A DNA stretch of 64,000 bases from assembly GCA_964187785.1 (NCBI GenBank), contig OZ076409.1, positions 85,066,001 through 85,130,000 on the forward strand, read 5' to 3'. The notes beneath the pieces are model-generated. The model did no database searches, had not been told where the DNA came from, and saw nothing but the letters and a program-made list of their open reading frames with translations. A program made the position numbers and the translations under genes. Shown here piece by piece: positions 12,297-25,856 of this stretch (position 1 is its first letter; each line of letters starts with the position of its first letter). Source of the DNA: Amphiscolops sp. MND2022 (Eukaryota).

Positions 12297-13225
12297 TGTA
12301 GTCTTTAGTCCTGGCTCAGTAACTCTTTTATTCCTACGTCGAGGCGAATATGCTATAGCCCGTAGCTGGGAACTGCTTGAAGGCATGGAATTAAAAGTGT
12401 GATGGGGAGAGAAGGAATTTGTTTCTCGACAGGCTAAAAGTAGGAAAAGAGTTTTAGCTGCGAGGAAGGCGGGCAACGTGTTGGGTTAGTTAGCAACAAG
12501 AGGCAGTTGGCTGCATTAGTTGAGGAATTTTCCCGCCGTATTAATAACTTATAACGGAATAAGAGTGGATTACACAAGACTGATAATAAGATAAGATGTA
12601 GAAGCAGGTCCCTACCGCACAACCATCGCAGCTCAGTTAGTTCCCCTCCGTTGCCCCATTTATTTTTGGGCTATCTGCTTCGGCTGCTGCTGTTACTGCT
12701 GCTGTTAAAAGTACATTTGAGCACACGTCCACACAACTAACTCAACTCCCGAAGCCATTTTTTGTCTTCCCCTATCAATCTTTTCCCGCAATTTTTGCTC
12801 TTCTGTCTTAATTGCTATTCGTCGCCCCAGTCGTGTATTATAACGTATACACATAATATACGTTTACATTAACCCATTGTGTTTTAAATACACTTGTAGT
12901 CGTTGATTTTTCTAGTTATAATTCTGATGTCAAGATATAAGTCTTTGGAAGACAGCGATAGACGAACAAGAAGCGAGCAAGTCAGACCTGGACTAATAGC
13001 AGGTCTTTGCACTGGTAACTGGAGTTGGTAGGTTGTAGGAAATGGTGGATGGTAAGTTGGTTGGTTGGCTGGAATGTAGGGGACAACTACCGGCAATGGC
13101 AACAGCCAGTCGACTACTAAAGCAGATCAATATAGAGCAGTGTGGGGGGGGGGGGGGGTTGGTATATACTATACTGACTGTTACTCAGTTGAGAAGAAAT
13201 TGGGAATTAATGCGTAAAGACTACA
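12297..13225. mobile_element. Putative solo LTR
   Basis: 929 bp bounded by 11-bp inverted termini TGTAGTCTTTA...TAAAGACTACA (TG...CA). AATAAA on the minus strand near the left end. No matching TSD. Confidence 0.4.
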
Positions 13226-14227
13226 ACAACAACAGAAACAGAGCTGCACCGTGCTTCAATGTAGTTCAATTTTGAATTCTTCAATTCAATGCAATCATTG
13301 TGTAGCCCTGGTAGATTAATCCATTCTCAGTTGTAGTAGATTGCAATATACTACTACAACTACAGGAGTAGATACAATATAGTTTAGTTCCTTTGCCCTA
13401 AGGTTGACACTCGCGGGGCAATCAAAGTGACATTCTTCAGGTCTAAAGTATTTATTCAGCAAGACCCGCTCTTCCAGGCACAAGTCCCCAGTCGGCAATG
13501 GGAGGATTAATACTTTCCTCTTTTTCCCTCTACCCACTTCTTAACTTAACCCCTGCACGCAGAATCGATGTCACTGAGTTTGCATTTCGAAAAGAATTTG
13601 GGATTTCCAAAAGAAAGACTTCCCTATACCCATTTTAGAATTTGCAATCTCGAAAATCCCAAGAAGCCACTGGAAACTTCTAGTGCCTGGTATAACAGGC
13701 TTTTCGACCACTCCATCAGAATTCAATGGTATCAATTCTTTCGAGTTAAACTCAAGATCAGAGAGAGTGTCAAAAAAGTTGAAAGTCCAGTCTGAGAAGT
13801 GAAAACCTAAATTTCGGAGATTCTATAGCAGATAAATGGAATTGTTTATCGGAATGTCTTTTCAACAGTACCAGGGAATTAGGTTTTTTTGAAACCAGAC
13901 TTTTTGAGTCAATTTGACAAAAGTCACTCAGTTCAACTTGTTTTGAAGTAGCACATGGCATAAATGATGCAACATATTGTCATTTCAGAGCAACAAAAGT
14001 TGGCTGAACAAGAAATGAAAATTGTCATGTAGGATTTTGCTATCAGTCGCAGTTTGTGGGATTGTTACTTTTCGTTGGATGCTTAAATATGACAGAAACG
14101 AGTTGTTTTTCTCCCATTCGGAATTGTCTGTTTTGATAGAACATACTGAATACTCCTGCAGAAGATCAATGTCTGAGATATGCGTTGGGAAGTTTTTTGA
14201 AAAAAAAAGAATTTTGATGCTTACAGA

Positions 14228-14828
14228 AACAAGCCGGGACCGGCCCAAGTCGGCGCCATATCCAGGCTCAAAAATAGCAAAAGGGCTTCCAAGTGTCAAT
14301 TTACAGTACTCGAAAATCGAAAACCCAAAAAAATGGACCGAGTGGCGCGCCGGGGCCCGCTAGCGAGAGCCCCTGGCGCTCTAAACGGGGGACACTTCCG
14401 AAATGTCAACATTTTTGTGGCAGTTGGAGGGGGGGCCTTTGGAGAAAAAACAAATTTTCGAAAAAAAAGTCTCACAATGCCGAAGAACTGAAATGGGGAC
14501 CCTTTGGGATTTTTAAACACCCAATCTGTTGTAAAATATCAAAAAATTGAAGGGGGGACCCTTTGGGGATTTTTTTTCCGAAAAAAAAGTCTCGCAGTGC
14601 CGAAAAAAAATGAAAGGTGGGACCCTTTGGTGTTGCCCGGTATGGTATGTTACGCGGGAAAACAGGAAAAACTTTTTTGGTTCAGTTCGCTAGGCCAAAT
14701 GGTGCAATTTGGTGCAATAATATTTTGTAGAACTTTTAAGAACTATTTTGGCCAGTTCGTGGATTGAAAAAAAAAAGAAAAAAAAGAGTCACTATAATAG
14801 TCGCGTTTCACTTCATGAAGCGCCGACT
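14228..14828 (-). mobile_element. DINE-1/HINE-like element, copy 2
   Basis: AACAAGCCGGGACCGGCCCAAGTCGGCGCC...CACTTCATGAAGCGCCGACT, an inverted copy of 2227-2928 with intact AGTCGGCGC/GCGCCGACT subTIRs. Confidence 0.75.
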
Positions 14829-16689
14829 GAAAAATAGCATGATTCTGAAATCAGAAATCAAAAGACGACAAAAATTGCCCAGCTTCTATTCCAATTTTTG
14901 CATTGATAGAAACCGATTAAAAACCTTATGATGAGTCGATCTAAGAATACAAATGCGGTCATGGTTTGAAAAGTTGACCACTTAGTTTGATTTGGGTTGG
15001 GCATGCATCCCGCATGCAACCAACTCTTGTGAGTTGCAGCGTTACTGAGTACAGAGAAACACCCGGGTCCGAGGTAACATGGAATTTTAAGCGAATCAAT
15101 GCTTTGATTCATATGGTTCCATGCTTGTAAACGTATGGAAACTTTGAATGTGAAGGTTCCATTCATGGAATCGCTTGGAAGTCTAATGAATTTGGATCAG
15201 GGTATTGTCTATGAGTCTCTTTGTGACATACCAAGGTCACAGTGCCATACAAAAAGCCATCACGGAGTTGTTGATAAACAAACTCTAAAATGTTTCAATT
15301 AGATGCTCTATTTATGTTTACATACTTACATTTATGTATTACTCTGAGATCTGTTTCATTACAAAGTTTGATTTGATAGATAACAATAAGTATTAGATTA
15401 TGCAACAAACCAACTATTTAACCTAGATTTAGAGATCTTAACACTCTTAACGCGTCAAAAAGGGGATCTTCGCACGAAAAAATCACCTTGGCCCGTAGTA
15501 GCTAATTGTTTTGTCGTTGAACTCTGTGGATACATATTTCCACAAAATGCTTCGAATTTAGTTCCAAAATTACACGAAACGGTTCCAAAATTAACAAAAT
15601 TGTAGGATTTTCAAAGCATTTTTGCAACATTTGCGGTATTTTTCAACTTGGGTTTTTCAAACAGTTCAAACTTAAACCACAAAGTATGATAAGATTTTCA
15701 GGGTTCGGATTCAACAATGATGGCCAGCTGTATCAACCATCCGTGACAATCGGCGGTTTCACTTAGGAAGACATACTCGCGTGCTGTGTCAGCGACTAGC
15801 AGACGATCGGCGTTTCATTTTGTTTCAACCGGCTGAAATGACCGGCCGTAAGAACAGTCAACGATGATCCGCCTTGAAGTAGCTTGACAGACTAGCGTTC
15901 TGTAACTGCTTTTTCTCATAATTCAAGCTGTTGTTTACCGCTAACAGACATATCTGGTTACAGTCAGAAATGATTTGCTGCCCAAATTAAAAACTCGTTC
16001 ATTTCGCCCTCTTGATCAATTGTTTTACTTTGCCTCTACTTTTGATTGAACAACGATAAGTGTATAAAAAAGCTTCGTTTTGGTTCAACTATGATGCCAA
16101 TCAGATCTTGTCTGCGAATAGAGAGATTATCTATTAACACCTGCAAGCCTATCTCCAAGCTACTGGAAGGTGAGAAACCTCTCAGTGGCCCTTCTTCCGC
16201 GACCTCTTCAATTTAACACCTTTCTCACTATAGATATAAACAGCAAGACTGAGAGACGATTGAAACAGACGATACTGGCGTCTAATCACCCAGAACGAAA
16301 GCCTCTTTCATTTTCATATAATTGCCCATAATGCAAACAAATTTTTCTGGGGATCAGGTTCAACTACTTGGCGACTCTTTTCTTACCAGCAGACAGAGCG
16401 ATATTGACTGCTATGGCAACATTAGCGCGTAGCGATTACTGGTGTATCTATGATGAGACCTGTTGAAACCTAATCGCCTTTTGATTCTCGTTCAATAGTT
16501 TTCATGTTTTCTTCAAGTGTTTCCTCTTCGTTTCTAGTCGGCCCTTTATTAAAAACAAAATGCATCAATAATTGTGGATGTTCATCGCTTTTTTTCAACG
16601 CAAACACTGACAAATTCAGTTTTACAAGTTTCTACTGAATCGTCAACTTTTTCAATCAAGGTTGACTATCCTTTCCAAACTTAGTTAAG

Positions 16690-17063
16690 AAGTTAACTTC
16701 CCCATAACCGCGGGGTAGACGCCGAATAGGCAGTTCTGCGTTTCTAAGTCGGCACCCTTTCGGATACTATCTCCCCATAGCATGCTATGGTACCATATTT
16801 GCAGCCAAGTGGTCAAACAATGGTTGGCTTGAAGCTGTGGTTTCGGAGTGACTTGCTCAAGGTCAGAAAGGTCTGACTGCTCACCGTTGTTCTTTTTCGT
16901 TTTGCTTTTCTCCGCCAAATGCGTTTTTTTTGACATGACCATAACACTAAGCCAGGGATGAAAGACTTGCTTAAGGACCAACAATGGTGAGTCAGAGAGA
17001 TTCGAACCTGATACCTCCCCAGTACTGGCCGAATGCTCTAACCACTACGCCATGCTCCCCTGC
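16690..17063 (-). mobile_element. tRNA-derived SINE
   Basis: Minus strand begins GGGGAGCATGGCGTAGTGGTTAGAGC (A box) ... GGTTCGAATC (B box), followed by a non-tRNA body (GTCCTTAAGCAAG...) ending near GGCGTCTACCCCGCGG. No pairing acceptor stem. The 3' boundary is approximate. Confidence 0.75.
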
Positions 17064-17234
17064 TAAGTCTTGTTCTTTTCGTGTTCCAAAAAGTTGTTCG
17101 AGGATAAAATAATCGCTCATAAACCCTATTAGTTCCGCACATGGAATTGTTTTCTGTCACTCTAAGATTTGTCGTTACTGAACAATCACGTACATGATTA
17201 CGGCACGAACCACATTGTTCGAATCTATCGAACG

Positions 17235-17953
17235 CTTGCCATAATCATGCTTAATCATCGTAAATCATGGTTAACCATTGTTCCCTTGTCAAGATCATGG
17301 CAAATCATGATACATGGAACGCTTTCCAAGATCATAGCAAGATCATGGTAAGATCATGGCAAGATTACCATGGTAAGACATGTAAGCTGCTTTTAATTGT
17401 ATAATTTATTCGTTTCACAAAATTTCTTGTCGTCTCCAATTTCAGGATTATCTGTTGTTATAACTTCGGACATAACCTTTATTTATCGAAAACAGTTTTT
17501 TACCTGAAAAGTTTCCAAAACTTCTCAATCATTTGCACTGATTGAGCTTTGTTACGTGAGAGCACGGTATTGTTTCTATTATAACAATTTATCATACAAA
17601 TCAGTTTCTCTAAATCATATTAGTGCAACTTGCGGGTTTGCGATATCGGTGTGAGAACCATCTTTTCTAGCCATGATTTGTTAATCTTGCTAATACGTCG
17701 CCAAATTTAGTATCTGGTTGAAATTACTGAAGTTCGAAAATGCAATAGAATCAATTGCAATAAAATTAATAGATTTTGAAAAAAAGAGCTATGAATTAAC
17801 CGAAGTTTTTGCTAATGGTACCATAGATTCCTTGCCAAGATCATTGCTAATCATGGTTACCCTTTGTACGACTTTGTATGGTCATGGAATCCTTGCAAAG
17901 ACCATGGCAAGATTTTGGCAGGGCTTGCTAGCCACTTGGTTTCAAACACTGGG
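17235..17953. mobile_element. MITE-like remnant with (C)AAGATCATGG subterminal repeats, right end ...CACTGGG
   Basis: Clusters of AAGATCATGG-like repeats at 17235-17375 and 17825-17915. GGG terminus at 17953. Left terminus not identified. Confidence 0.45.
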
Positions 17954-18442
17954 AATTGATAGTCCGGTCCGAGTGGTTTCCGTGAATAGAGATTCTTCTT
18001 GCTGACATTGAATTCACACTTGAGGTGATTTTTCAAATGAGCGGAATGTATCTGCTGCAAAAACACCTGCGAACTCGTACTTTGTGTGTTTGCATTTGCT
18101 GACGAGAAAGGCGAAATGAAATTCGTCAGGCATTTCCAGGTGATAGCAGTCTCATGAGCTGTGGAGTTTTTCATTGCGATTTGTAATCGATGTAAATTAA
18201 TGAAGCAGCTTCTCCCAATGTGAGAACGTTCGTAATGTGAGAAACCTCCATCGAAACAAGACACGAATCAAAGTCAAGCTCTTGTTATTTTAGATGTGAG
18301 CAATAGTTTAAGAATTCTTAAAACTGAACGCGCCGAAACCTAGTCTCTTGAAACCAATTAAAAGACACCATTCGCCTCTGATTTTTAATTAATTTAATCT
18401 GATGACCATACCAATAGACAGACTAATTACGATAGAAAGCAC

Positions 18443-18686
18443 TTTTTCTCTCGTCCTCTTGATGGGTACACGTTTCGATTTTTTTCCAAAAACAATTCAA
18501 CACTACTCCGAGTAGTGTTGAATTGTTTTTGGAAAAAAATCGAAACGTGTACCCATCAAGAGGACGAGAGAAAAACGTCTATGTGGGAACATCCGTCGAC
18601 AATTTTTTTAAATGGAAGGTAGTCCAGAGTCTGGACTACCTTCCATTTAAAAAAAATTGTCGACGGATGTTCCCACATAGACGTTT
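18443..18686. repeat. Double palindrome: 66-bp arms (18443-18575) plus 56/57-bp arms (18573-18686)
   Basis: Centres are TACTC-C-GAGTA (18509) and CCAGA-G-TCTGG (18629). Overlap is the 3-nt AAA. Perfect except for one A-run indel. Confidence 0.95.
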
Positions 18687-19640
18687 CCTCTTAGTAATCA
18701 TGATAAATAAAATCTGAACACCAATTTCCAATCACTTCGCTACTGATACCTTTAGAACCATTGCAGCTACTGGCATGATTGGCAAATGTTTTTTCATGGT
18801 GGATGTGGAGCCACTTCCATCCCGCTAAACGTTGTACTTTGGTGCAATTTATGACGGAAATTGTTTTTTGATAAAAGGCGACATTTGGTATGCTAAGATC
18901 TATATATTCGAGAGTATTTGTGAAGCAGTAACAAATTTTCTTCTGGCAGATGCCCGAGACAATAGTCCCTGCTCTAGTGCTCGAGTGCTAAACCGGAGGC
19001 TGCTCTATCTTGGAGGTGTCTCGTGAGATAATTTGGTTAGTTGAGTTTGAAATCCCGTATCCAGTCAGTTGACTACTGAAATCTCCGGATCCATTCAAAG
19101 TACTGCAATGATAGGTTAGTAATACGTTTTATGATGCACTCGTGCAGCCTTCAATTTCGTGGAACAACTTCAATTTCGCTTACGTTGCTACGTAGTAATT
19201 TTCGACAAAAATCTCATTGGTCAAATGTGACATTGTCGCCTTTTTGGTTTTCTAATGCGCATATCTTCGAAACTGTCTGCGATGCAGTAAAATGTCTTCC
19301 ACTGAGACATCTCTAGGATATTGTCCTTGTGCTAGTGCTAAAATATTCATCAAGAGCAGGCGCAATCAATCTTTTAATATGATACAACATGCTAAGTCGA
19401 GTTTAGAACTCTTTTTAACAACTTAGCCATTAAAATCGTGCCATTAAAGCTTGCCTTTCTACTTCTTCGTGCTGACTAAGTCTTACCTTGCAATAATCAT
19501 CCCTCACTAACAATCTAGATTTCTTCAAGTTAACTTTAAATTTCACCTTTACAGATCTTCTATTAGACTACAATGTATTCTGGTACTGTGCTACATTATC
19601 GAGCAGTCAATTTTCTTTTTCAATTGATTTATATCATTTC

Positions 19641-20743
19641 TGTCACACGGTAAACTTTGTTGCATCAACATGGCCGTTTCGGTCACGGTGAACTTTGCAG
19701 TATCAACATGGCCGACCGAAGTGAACTTTGCTGCATCAACATGGCCGTCATTCAAGTGGCTGATGCAATCGCCAATGCAAAACTTGCAGTTGAAAAAATA
19801 ATTAGTATAATGCATTCATGAAACTCCCTGAAAATTTGAAACTGCCTCAAATTTCACACAACCCTCTACTCTTTGATTATCGACGCTTTGTTTTGATCCT
19901 AAACTGCTTGAGCTAACATTGTCTCATCCTATAAAGATGCTTTTTGTTTTGAGTTCCTTAATACCATTATACATAAATGTAAACTATCGTCTTTGTGTCT
20001 GGAAATTGCAATGATCTCATCATCATTTTCAATTTAAACTTGCCACACGGCCTAGTTTTTCAGAGCAGAAAGCTATGCTTCTCTGGAGCTCTTGGCTACT
20101 GCTTCCCTTCCCTAGTCGGACTCGCAATTCAAGAAAATACAGAACTTTCACTGATCTCTGATCAAAAGTGAACCTTCTGAAAGCAAATCAAGCATCGGGA
20201 TTTGCTCGCTTAAGACTCCTTCACCACTCTCCCCCTTCGCTTGCGATTCTAAGATAAGAGAACCTTCATTGGAAACCTTGAGAAAACACCGTTCACTCAC
20301 AGCGGGAACCCATGACTTAGTGGAAGTACTGAGTGGTTCTATTGTTTGTTTCTCTTCGAACGGCTGAGTTGATCTCACATCAACATCGAACGTAGCTAGG
20401 GCCTAAGTTCTAAGACTAAGTTCTTAAGCTTGTCTTAGCTAGTGTGTGAAATCTTTGCGAGTGAAACTTCAACAAAAGGGCGGTCTCGATTCAACGAAGA
20501 ATCGCGAAGCTTTCTCTTATTTTCACGCGATTTTTTGTCTAAGATAAGACATTGCTTTACTTTTCTAACCGCAGCTCTCTTTAGGTCTTGTTTTTTTCAA
20601 CACACTCGTTTCGCGAAACTCTTTGACTGCTCTTTTTTGAACATCGTTTCAACGCGTGTTTTTTTCTATCTTTTTTTGCGCTCATCTTTCGCTGGTCCGC
20701 CGTCCCTTTTCGCTCTCTCTTTTAGTTTCTTTGCTACGAAACA
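19641..20743 (+). repeat. 5' LTR of BEL/Pao element
   Basis: TGTCACACGG...CTACGAAACA; direct repeat of 25857-26954 with roughly 20 differences by eye. Begins with three ~39-bp tandem units containing CATCAACATGGCCG. Confidence 0.95.
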
Positions 20744-20745
20744 TC

Positions 20746-20763
20746 TGGTCCGCCGACCCGGAT
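20746..20763 (+). promoter_or_regulatory. Primer-binding site (tRNA-Tyr-like)
   Basis: TGGTCCGCCGACCCGGAT, 2 nt after the LTR end; complementary to a tRNA 3' end ...UCCGGGUCGGCGGACCA. Confidence 0.85.
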
Positions 20764-20770
20764 TTGGAAA

Positions 20771-23700
20771 ATGATTAAGTCTTCAAAACTTGGAACGCTT
20801 CTCAAGAAACGCTCGGTAGCCGAAATAAAAATCGAACGCGTTTGCGCTAAGATCTCAAAGTCGATAAAAGACGTAAACTTTGATCAGGCTGACGCAACGT
20901 CCTTACAAGAACGTCTTGCGCTCGCATTCGCCGAATTCGCAAACATTCAAGATGAAGTGATGACACTAGATGATGTGGACATGGAGGAAGAATCGACTCA
21001 CTACGGAAGGTTTGAAGACATGTGCGATGCCGGCAAAAAGAAAATATACAACGCCACAGCTAAACTCGAGAAAAAAGTGGCCACTTCGGAGCCTAGTTCT
21101 TCTTTCGCGGCCTCTAGCGCTTCCGAGAAATCCGTCAAACTACCGAAACTTGATTTGCCTAGTTTTTCCGGAGGCTACACTGAATGGATGTCGTTTATTG
21201 ATCTTTTTACGGCCTCAGTCGATTCAAATAGAACATTGTCCGATGCTCAAAAACTACAGTACCTAAAAACATCTGTGAAGGAAAAACCTCATCGTTTGAT
21301 AAGTTCATTGACGATCACAAATACAAACTATAGTGTCGCGTTGAACATTTTGCGAAAGCGTTACGAGAACAAAAAGGTCATCGTTCGCGAACATATCCAC
21401 TCGATTGTAGGTTTTAACGCAATCAAAAGTGAAAACGCTACATTATTGAGGAAGTTGATTGAAACAACAGACAAGAATGTTTCTTGTCTTCAGAATCTTG
21501 GCGTCGACGCTGATTCTTGGGATCCTATCCTAATTTACTTAGTCACGGAACGCCTTGACGCGGTAACTAGAAAAGATTGGGAGCAACACACTTCCCAAAA
21601 CTCAGGCACGGATCTTCCGTCCTATAGCGACTTGAAAACGTTTGTCGGAAATAGAGCAACGGCTCTTGAGGCTGCTTATTCGAAAATTCAGACGCCCAAA
21701 ATGCAAAAATCGCTCGTTGCTCATGTTGCAGCCCACGACAAATGCCCGTTCTGTAAGGATACCCACAAAATCTACGCTTGTCAAAAATTCATTGCTTCAC
21801 CAATCGCCAAAAGAAAGGAGTTCGTCAAAACAAACAATCTTTGTTTCAATTGTCTTTCGCACGTTCATCAAAGCCGAAACTGCACAAGTGCTTCGACATG
21901 TCGACATTGCAAAAAACGGCATCATTCGTTGATTCATGATGAATCAACCGCAGTGATCAGCTCGGCTGATCAAACTTCTCAAAATTTTCAGTTACGCTAC
22001 TCAAATGGTCAAACTATTCTCGCTACAGCACTCGTGCCTGTCTTGAACGGTCAAAACGAACTTGTTTTTAGCCGTGCTCTTCTTGATACTGGAGCTGAAA
22101 GTAGCTTCATCACTGAAGACTGTCTTCAGCGGTTGAATTTGAAAAGCCGAAAGCGTAACATTACGATTCAAGGCGTCGGAGGTGAAAACTTAGCACAATC
22201 AAATGGTTCAGTTGACTTGACGCTAGGTCAAGATTGTGATCTCAAGGTCAAATGCGCTGTCTTGACTAAAATAACGAACGCCCTTCCAACCGCCTGTTTT
22301 ACGACGAGAAACTGGTCTAGTTTGAAAAACGTCAAATTAGCTGATCCAATTTTTAATATTCCAAGTCAGATTGACTTGCTTTTGGGCGCGGATATATACA
22401 ATCACATCGTACTTGAGGCAAAAATTCAGCAAGATAGTGTTTTTCTTCGCGAAACCATTTTTGGTTGGATAGTCTCAGGCTGCATCGCCGACTGTCAGCG
22501 TTTGAATCGGGTTCGAACTTTTCATGTTGTCGTTGATGATTTCGACTTGAGCAAATTTTGGCAATTAGAAGAAGTGCCAAAATATCAAAAACTTTCCGCA
22601 GAAGAAATTGCTTGTGAATAGCACTTCGTTGAAACTACTAAGCGTCTTGCAAATGGCAGATTTCAAGTAAAATTGCAGTTCAAAAACGAAACACCTCCTA
22701 ATCTCGACTTCACGCTTTCAACGGCGTCTCGCCGCTTCACGCTTTTGGAAAAACGTTTTCTCAAAAATGACCAACTGAAAAACGACTATTGCGCCTTCAT
22801 CAAAGAATTTGTCGATCTAGGTCATCTAGAAAAAGTTCCAAAGGATGAACTTGTAAAAATTCCCGGTCATGTCGCTTACCCTCCTCATCACGCTGTCTTC
22901 AAACAAAGCAGCACTACAACCAAAACTAGAGTTGTTTTTGACGGCTCCGCTCAAAAACAAAACATCTCTTTGAACAATTCTCTAATGGTAGGTCCTAAAA
23001 TTCAGGACGACCTTTTCAAAATTCTACTTCGCTTCAGAAAACACAAAATCGCGCTCTCAGCCGACATAACTAAAATGTATCGGCAAATTGCATTAGAAAA
23101 ATCCGCTAAAGACTTCCATCGCATTGTGTGGCGATGGAACGCAAACGATGTGTTAGAACACTTCCGCATGACGAGGGTGACTTACAGTATCGCCTCTTCG
23201 TCTTTTCACTCTATTGGCTCACTTTTTGAAGCCGCGAGGGTTAATTTTGATGAAATTGCCTCACCAATCATAGAACGCGACTTTTACGTAGACGACTTAG
23301 TCACTGGCGCTGACAGTGTTTCCGAAGGCATAGAAATGTTCGAAAGGATTTTCTAATGTTTTAAAAACTCATGTTTTGAAATTCGGAAGTGGTCCTCAAA
23401 CTCAATGGAAGTTCTTGATTCCATTCCAGCTCCTCTTCACGAAACTGAGAATCTCCGCTTTGACAAATCTCACGCAGTGAAAGAGCTAGGCGTTCAGTGG
23501 AACCCCAGCAAAGACGTTTTGTTTTTCGAAGCATTTAGCATTCCGCAACAACCACTAACAAAACGAATACTTTTGTCCAACTCATCTCGCATTTTTGATC
23601 CCCTTGGGCTCCTCGCCCCAGTCGTAATTAGATTAAAATGTTTCTTTCAAGATACTTGGCGCCTAAAACTCGATTGGGACAGTTTGCTTCCCGACTCTTT

Positions 23701-25827
23701 GATAAAAACGTGGCTTATTGTTCGCGAATCTCTCTGTGATTTGAATATCCTGAAAATTCCTCGTCGCATTCTTTGCAAAAATTTTGAAGCAGCAGACTTG
23801 CACATTTTTTGCGACGCTTCAGAATCCGCATATGCTAGTGTAGCATACATTGTTTCAAAAAATTCCGATGGCTTCCATTCCCACATGCTTTGCTCTAAGA
23901 CACGCGTCGCTCCTATTAACACCATTTCAGTACCGAGACTTGAACTCTGCGCGGCTCTGCTTGGCTCAACGCTATGTGGAGTCATCCTCGCAACACTAAA
24001 CCCTATTTTGAAAATCGATTCCGTATTTGCATGATCCGACTCAACTGTAGCGCTAAGTTGGATAAAAAGCACTCCAAAACGTTGGTCAAATTTTGTCGCC
24101 AATCGCGTCGCAAAAATTCAAAATGAAATTCCCAGTAAAAATTGGAACCACATTCCATCCGAGGAAAACCCCGCAGATGTTGCCACGAGAGGTCAGACCG
24201 TATCCGCTTTAGCAAAAAATTCATTATGGTGGAAAGGACCAACATTTTTGACGAGCCGCGACTCTTGGCCCAAAAACACGTCCATTTTTGAAACGGATCT
24301 AGAGCAGCGCAAAAACTCTATTTTTCATTCTTTGAAAAACTCTGCTTTTGAGAGCATTATTGATTTCGAACGCTTCTCTAATTTTTCGCGGCTACAGAGA
24401 ACCTTTGCTTATGTCTATAGATTCATAGATAATCTTCGCTCGAAGACAAAAAACTTTGAGCCCTTATCGTCGTCGGAACTTAAACGCGCTTTGTTCAATT
24501 TAGCAAAAATTGCACAAAATCAAGACTTCGCTCCTGAAATTTCAAACCTTCGGAACGGCATGTCACTTCCTTCCAAATCTAGACTTTTGAAACTCTCAGC
24601 TTTTCTGAATAATGAAGGTTTAGTCGCTGTTGGTGGCCGACTAAACAATTCAGAGCTACCCGACACCACAAAGAATCCTATACTTTTGAGTAATGATTCT
24701 CATCTTTCATTTTTACTTGTGAAAAATGCTCATCATAAAACACTACACGGTTCGATGGACCTAACAATTGCCCATCTTCGTCAGTTTTTTTGGATTTTGA
24801 ACGTCCGTGACCTAGTTCGAAAGGTCTTACACAATTGCGTGGTCTGTATTTGATATGCGCGATCGAAAAAACCACCCATAATGGGCGACTTACCCTTAGA
24901 ACGTGTTAAACCCAGCAAACCGTTCACTCATGTTGGTGTTGATTTTGCGGGTCCTTTTGAACTTAGAAAATCAAAACGCGCAAACAAATCCGAGAAAGTT
25001 TATCTTTGCTTATTCGTTTGCTTCGCCACAAAAGCAATTCACCTCGAATTTGTCACTTCGCTCTCAACGCCTGATTTTATTGCTTGTCTTCGACGCTTCA
25101 TTGCTCGACGCGGCCTACCGTCCGACTTTTTCTCCGACAACGGAACGAACTTCGTAGGTGCTTCTAACGAACTTCGTAAGCTTCTAGAATTTGTAAAAAC
25201 AGAAAATGTGAAAAATTTTGTCGCCGAAAACAACTGTAAGTGGAATTTCATTCCACCGTCTTCGCCGCACTTCGGTGGCTTGTGGGAAGCTGGCGTCAAA
25301 TCAGCTAAATCACACTTGCGTAACATCGTTGGTAGCACGCCACTCAGTCTAGAGGAATTAAACACTGTTTTTTGCCAAAGAGAAGCGTGTCTTAACTCGC
25401 GTCCCCTCTGTCAGCTCTCAACAGATCCCAGAGACTCAAACACGTTGACCCCAGGCCATTTCTTGACTGGAGCACCACTTTTGGCTTTTCCAGACGACTG
25501 CACAAACAACATGCTGGGCCACACAAAACGCTGGGAACTTGTTCAGAAGCTCGTACACACCTTCTGGCGACGTTGGCAAACAGAATACATTGCGAATCTC
25601 CAACCTCGAACAAAATGGTTCAACAACAGTTCAGAGATCTTCAAGGTCAACGACGTGGTCCTGGTCACAGAACACTGTAACCCAGCCAACTGGCCCATAG
25701 CAAAAATTGTCAAGTACACGCAGGCAACGATAATGTGGTCAGAGTGGTGTCAATACTTCGGAATGGCAAAACTTTCCTTCGACCTGTGGTGAAATTGCGA
25801 CGCCTTCCTACACGGGACAAAAATTGA
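20771..25827 (+). pseudogene. BEL/Pao gag-pol polyprotein, interrupted by stops and frameshifts
   Basis: KLPKLDLPSFSG (DUF1759-type gag), three Cys/His knuckles, protease LLDTGAE, RT FYVDD, RNase H LHIFCDASE, integrase GVDFAGP/SDNGTNF/GGLWEAGVKS. Broken at 22621, 23356, 24034, 24853 and ~25715. Confidence 0.95.
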
Positions 25828-25856
25828 ACAAGCAGGCTCGTTCAAGGCGGCCGGGA

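Noticed and set aside
14858..15166. Upstream SLC10 exon or other host exon
   Set aside because: No recognisable motif and no convincing phase-compatible splice sites.
15840..16600. LINE endonuclease relic on the minus strand
   Set aside because: Only vague motif resemblance amid many stops; cannot be supported without a search.
16985..17063. Functional tRNA gene
   Set aside because: A and B boxes are present, but there is no pairing acceptor stem and the sequence continues into a SINE-like body.
19650..19750. CRISPR-like repeat array (CATCAACATGGCCG units)
   Set aside because: Only three tandem units with similar spacers, inside a eukaryotic LTR and duplicated in the other LTR. No cas genes.
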